Below, in pieces: positions 62,130 through 64,000 of a stretch of 64,000 nt of DNA. Made by a program: the position numbers and the translations under genes. A model generated the notes under the pieces. It was not told where the DNA came from and did not search any database. It saw only the letters and a list, made by a program, of their open reading frames with translations. How positions within the stretch are numbered: the stretch's first letter is position 1; each line of letters starts with the position of its first letter. Origin of the DNA: Isurus oxyrinchus (Eukaryota); contig JANJGN010000007.1 in NCBI GenBank assembly GCA_026770705.1, positions 68,944,001 to 69,008,000 on the forward strand, written 5' to 3'.

Positions 62130-62970
62130 GGAAGACCATCTCTGATCACTTCATTGTATCACTCCCCTTCCCAGCCCTCCTTCCTTTTATGGCCACCCTG
62201 GAAAGAACTCTCTCCATTCACTTAAAACTTTAATCTTCAAACTTCATTTAAAACTTTAACCTTAAATCCCAACTATCTACCACTTTTTCCATCTGTTCAC
62301 TATGATCTGCTACCAATCTGTTGAACCACAACTTCACCTCTACTTTGTTGCCCTAGTCCCCATTAAAACCATACTGTCCCTCACCCTGGTTGATCTCCTG
62401 TGTCTCTTAAGTCCAAGGGATGCAGAGTTGAATGGATATGAGCCATTCACCACCTGACCTGAATGGATACAGCTATCAGGTCCTTCTCTCATCTGCCAAA
62501 ACTGATCACTATTCCAGCATCACCCTGGAATGCAAAAATGACTGCCAGCTTCTGCCCTCCATTGCAAACTGTTGTCTTGAATCCCTCTCAACCTTCACCA
62601 TCATTAACAAGTGCAAGAAGCTTATGAGCTTCTTTGTTACTAAGATTGAAAACATTCATTCAGCTGCCCCTGTCACTTCCCCTAACTCATTGGGCCAAAC
62701 CTCCTTTAAGGACTTTCCCTACCTTAGCCTTGAGCCTGCACCTTTCTCTAGTTTCTCAATCATCTCTCCTTATACTCTCCTGAGTTCATCTAGTCCATGA
62801 TATCCACTTCCTCCTCTCTCGACTGCACTCTCCTGGTTCCACATTTATCTATTCAGAGAATCACCTACAATCGTTTCTCTTCCACCTAGTTAGTTTGATA
62901 ATGCTCCTGTGAAGCGCCTTGCGAGATTTTACTGAATTAAAAGTGCTATATAAATATAAGTTGTTGTTGA
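62130..62970 (+). mobile_element. L2-type LINE fragments with 3' tail
   Basis: LLSSAKTDHYSS..CKKLMSFFVTKIENIHSA (L2 pre-RT region) and tail gctcctgtgaagcgccttg..aaagtgctatataaatataagttgttgttg. Confidence 0.8.
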
Positions 62971-63247
62971 AATAAGAGCCCTCACCCCAGCTTAAGCTTA
63001 GTGCTTGCTTCTTTCCCAAGCACTTCCTCCTCGCACTACTCACCTACTCGCTCTGTGTCACCAAAATCATAAACTCAAGCACAGGATCATGTACTTATTA
63101 TGCTGTAGGCTATAATTCAAGGTTTGCTTTGATAACAACATTGCAACTACATTCTTTCTTTGGAAAAACCAGGAACCTGAACTACGGTCAATGGTGTAGT
63201 GCTGCCAGAGCACACCTGAGCACTGCTTCAGTACCTTCTATTTAAAG

Positions 63248-63420
63248 CAGGCTTGTCCAACTCAATGCGGCCCGTCCAACTTGGACGTTCAAGTGACTTG
63301 TATTTGAAAAATTATGTAAAGCTGCTCATCCAATGACAGGTTGGTTATTCCCTGCATTTGCTGTTTATAGGCACATGCAGCAAATGCAGACAGAAACCAG
63401 TCTATGATTGGACAAGCAGC
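63248..63420. mobile_element. hAT-like MITE relic
   Basis: Starts caggcttgtccaac..gcggccc (hAT-type terminus); partial inverted match attggacaagc near 63407. Confidence 0.35.
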
Positions 63421-63819
63421 AAAGAGTGGGAAGGTAAGTTTTGAAGGCAAGTTCCAGGGCTCAGAGCACGAGGCAACCAGAGCAGCGCCCTAGGTGAAGC
63501 AGCTGGAGCATCGGGGTCTAGGTGAGGTAGCCAAAGCAGCAGGGCATGGTGGGGGGAGAGCATGAGTATGAGGGGGCAGAGAGTGATTCACATTAATTCC
63601 TTGGCTGTGATGGCCCGAGAATGTGAGCCACAGTATAGTGTTTGTATTCCCCGCTGGCAGCTTTACATGAAATTACAACACAAAAACAGGCCATTTGGAC
63701 CACCCCATCTATTTTGTGTTTATGTGTTTTCTCTCGTCCTTCTTGATTACACTATCAGGGTAACCTTCAGCTTCTTTCTTCCTCATGTGTTTATGAAGTT
63801 CCTTGAATGTATCTATTAC

Positions 63820-64000
63820 TAGAATCATAGAATGGTTACAGCACAGAAAGAAGCTATTCAGCACATTGTCCCTCTGTTAGTCCTCTGCAACAGCAACTTA
63901 GCTAGCCCCAATCATCAACCTTTTTCCTGTAGCCCTGTAAAATCTTTTCTCTTCAGATAATTATCCAGTTTCCCTTTGAAAACTACAGTTGAATCTGTCT
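63820..64000 (-). mobile_element. CR1 LINE 3' end (continues beyond the window)
   Basis: tagaatcatagaat tail repeat followed by acagcacagaaagaagctattcagc. Confidence 0.8.

Noticed and set aside
1-64000. Prokaryotic operons, defence systems or prophage
   Set aside because: Very low coding density, no long intact ORFs, and pervasive vertebrate LINE/SINE relics.

Overview
This is eukaryotic, not prokaryotic, DNA: a gene-poor, repeat-dense vertebrate intronic/intergenic window. The repeat repertoire (CR1/HER1-type LINEs, Deu/SacSINE1-type tRNA SINEs, L2, Tx1, Penelope-like elements, Harbinger-like MITEs) suggests a cartilaginous fish such as a shark; that assignment is an inference. Nearly every ORF in the six-frame track is a fragment or antisense frame of a decayed retroelement, and no host gene could be named. 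The most interesting structures are: (1) an ~806-bp concatemer of five tRNA-Thr-derived, hairpin-tailed units plus one captured tRNA-Thr(TGT) copy, all between one 12-bp target-site duplication (59763-60592); (2) an ORF1-less CR1-group LINE with a tRNA-derived Pol III head, and a bipartite SINE made of its two ends; (3) an inverted Penelope-like pair with GIY-YIG endonuclease, minimal hammerhead ribozymes and a 14-bp TSD; (4) multi-level nested insertions; and (5) a few unexplained exon-like segments. Repeat boundaries were read by eye and are approximate unless exact motifs are quoted. Family names come from recalled motifs, not database searches.
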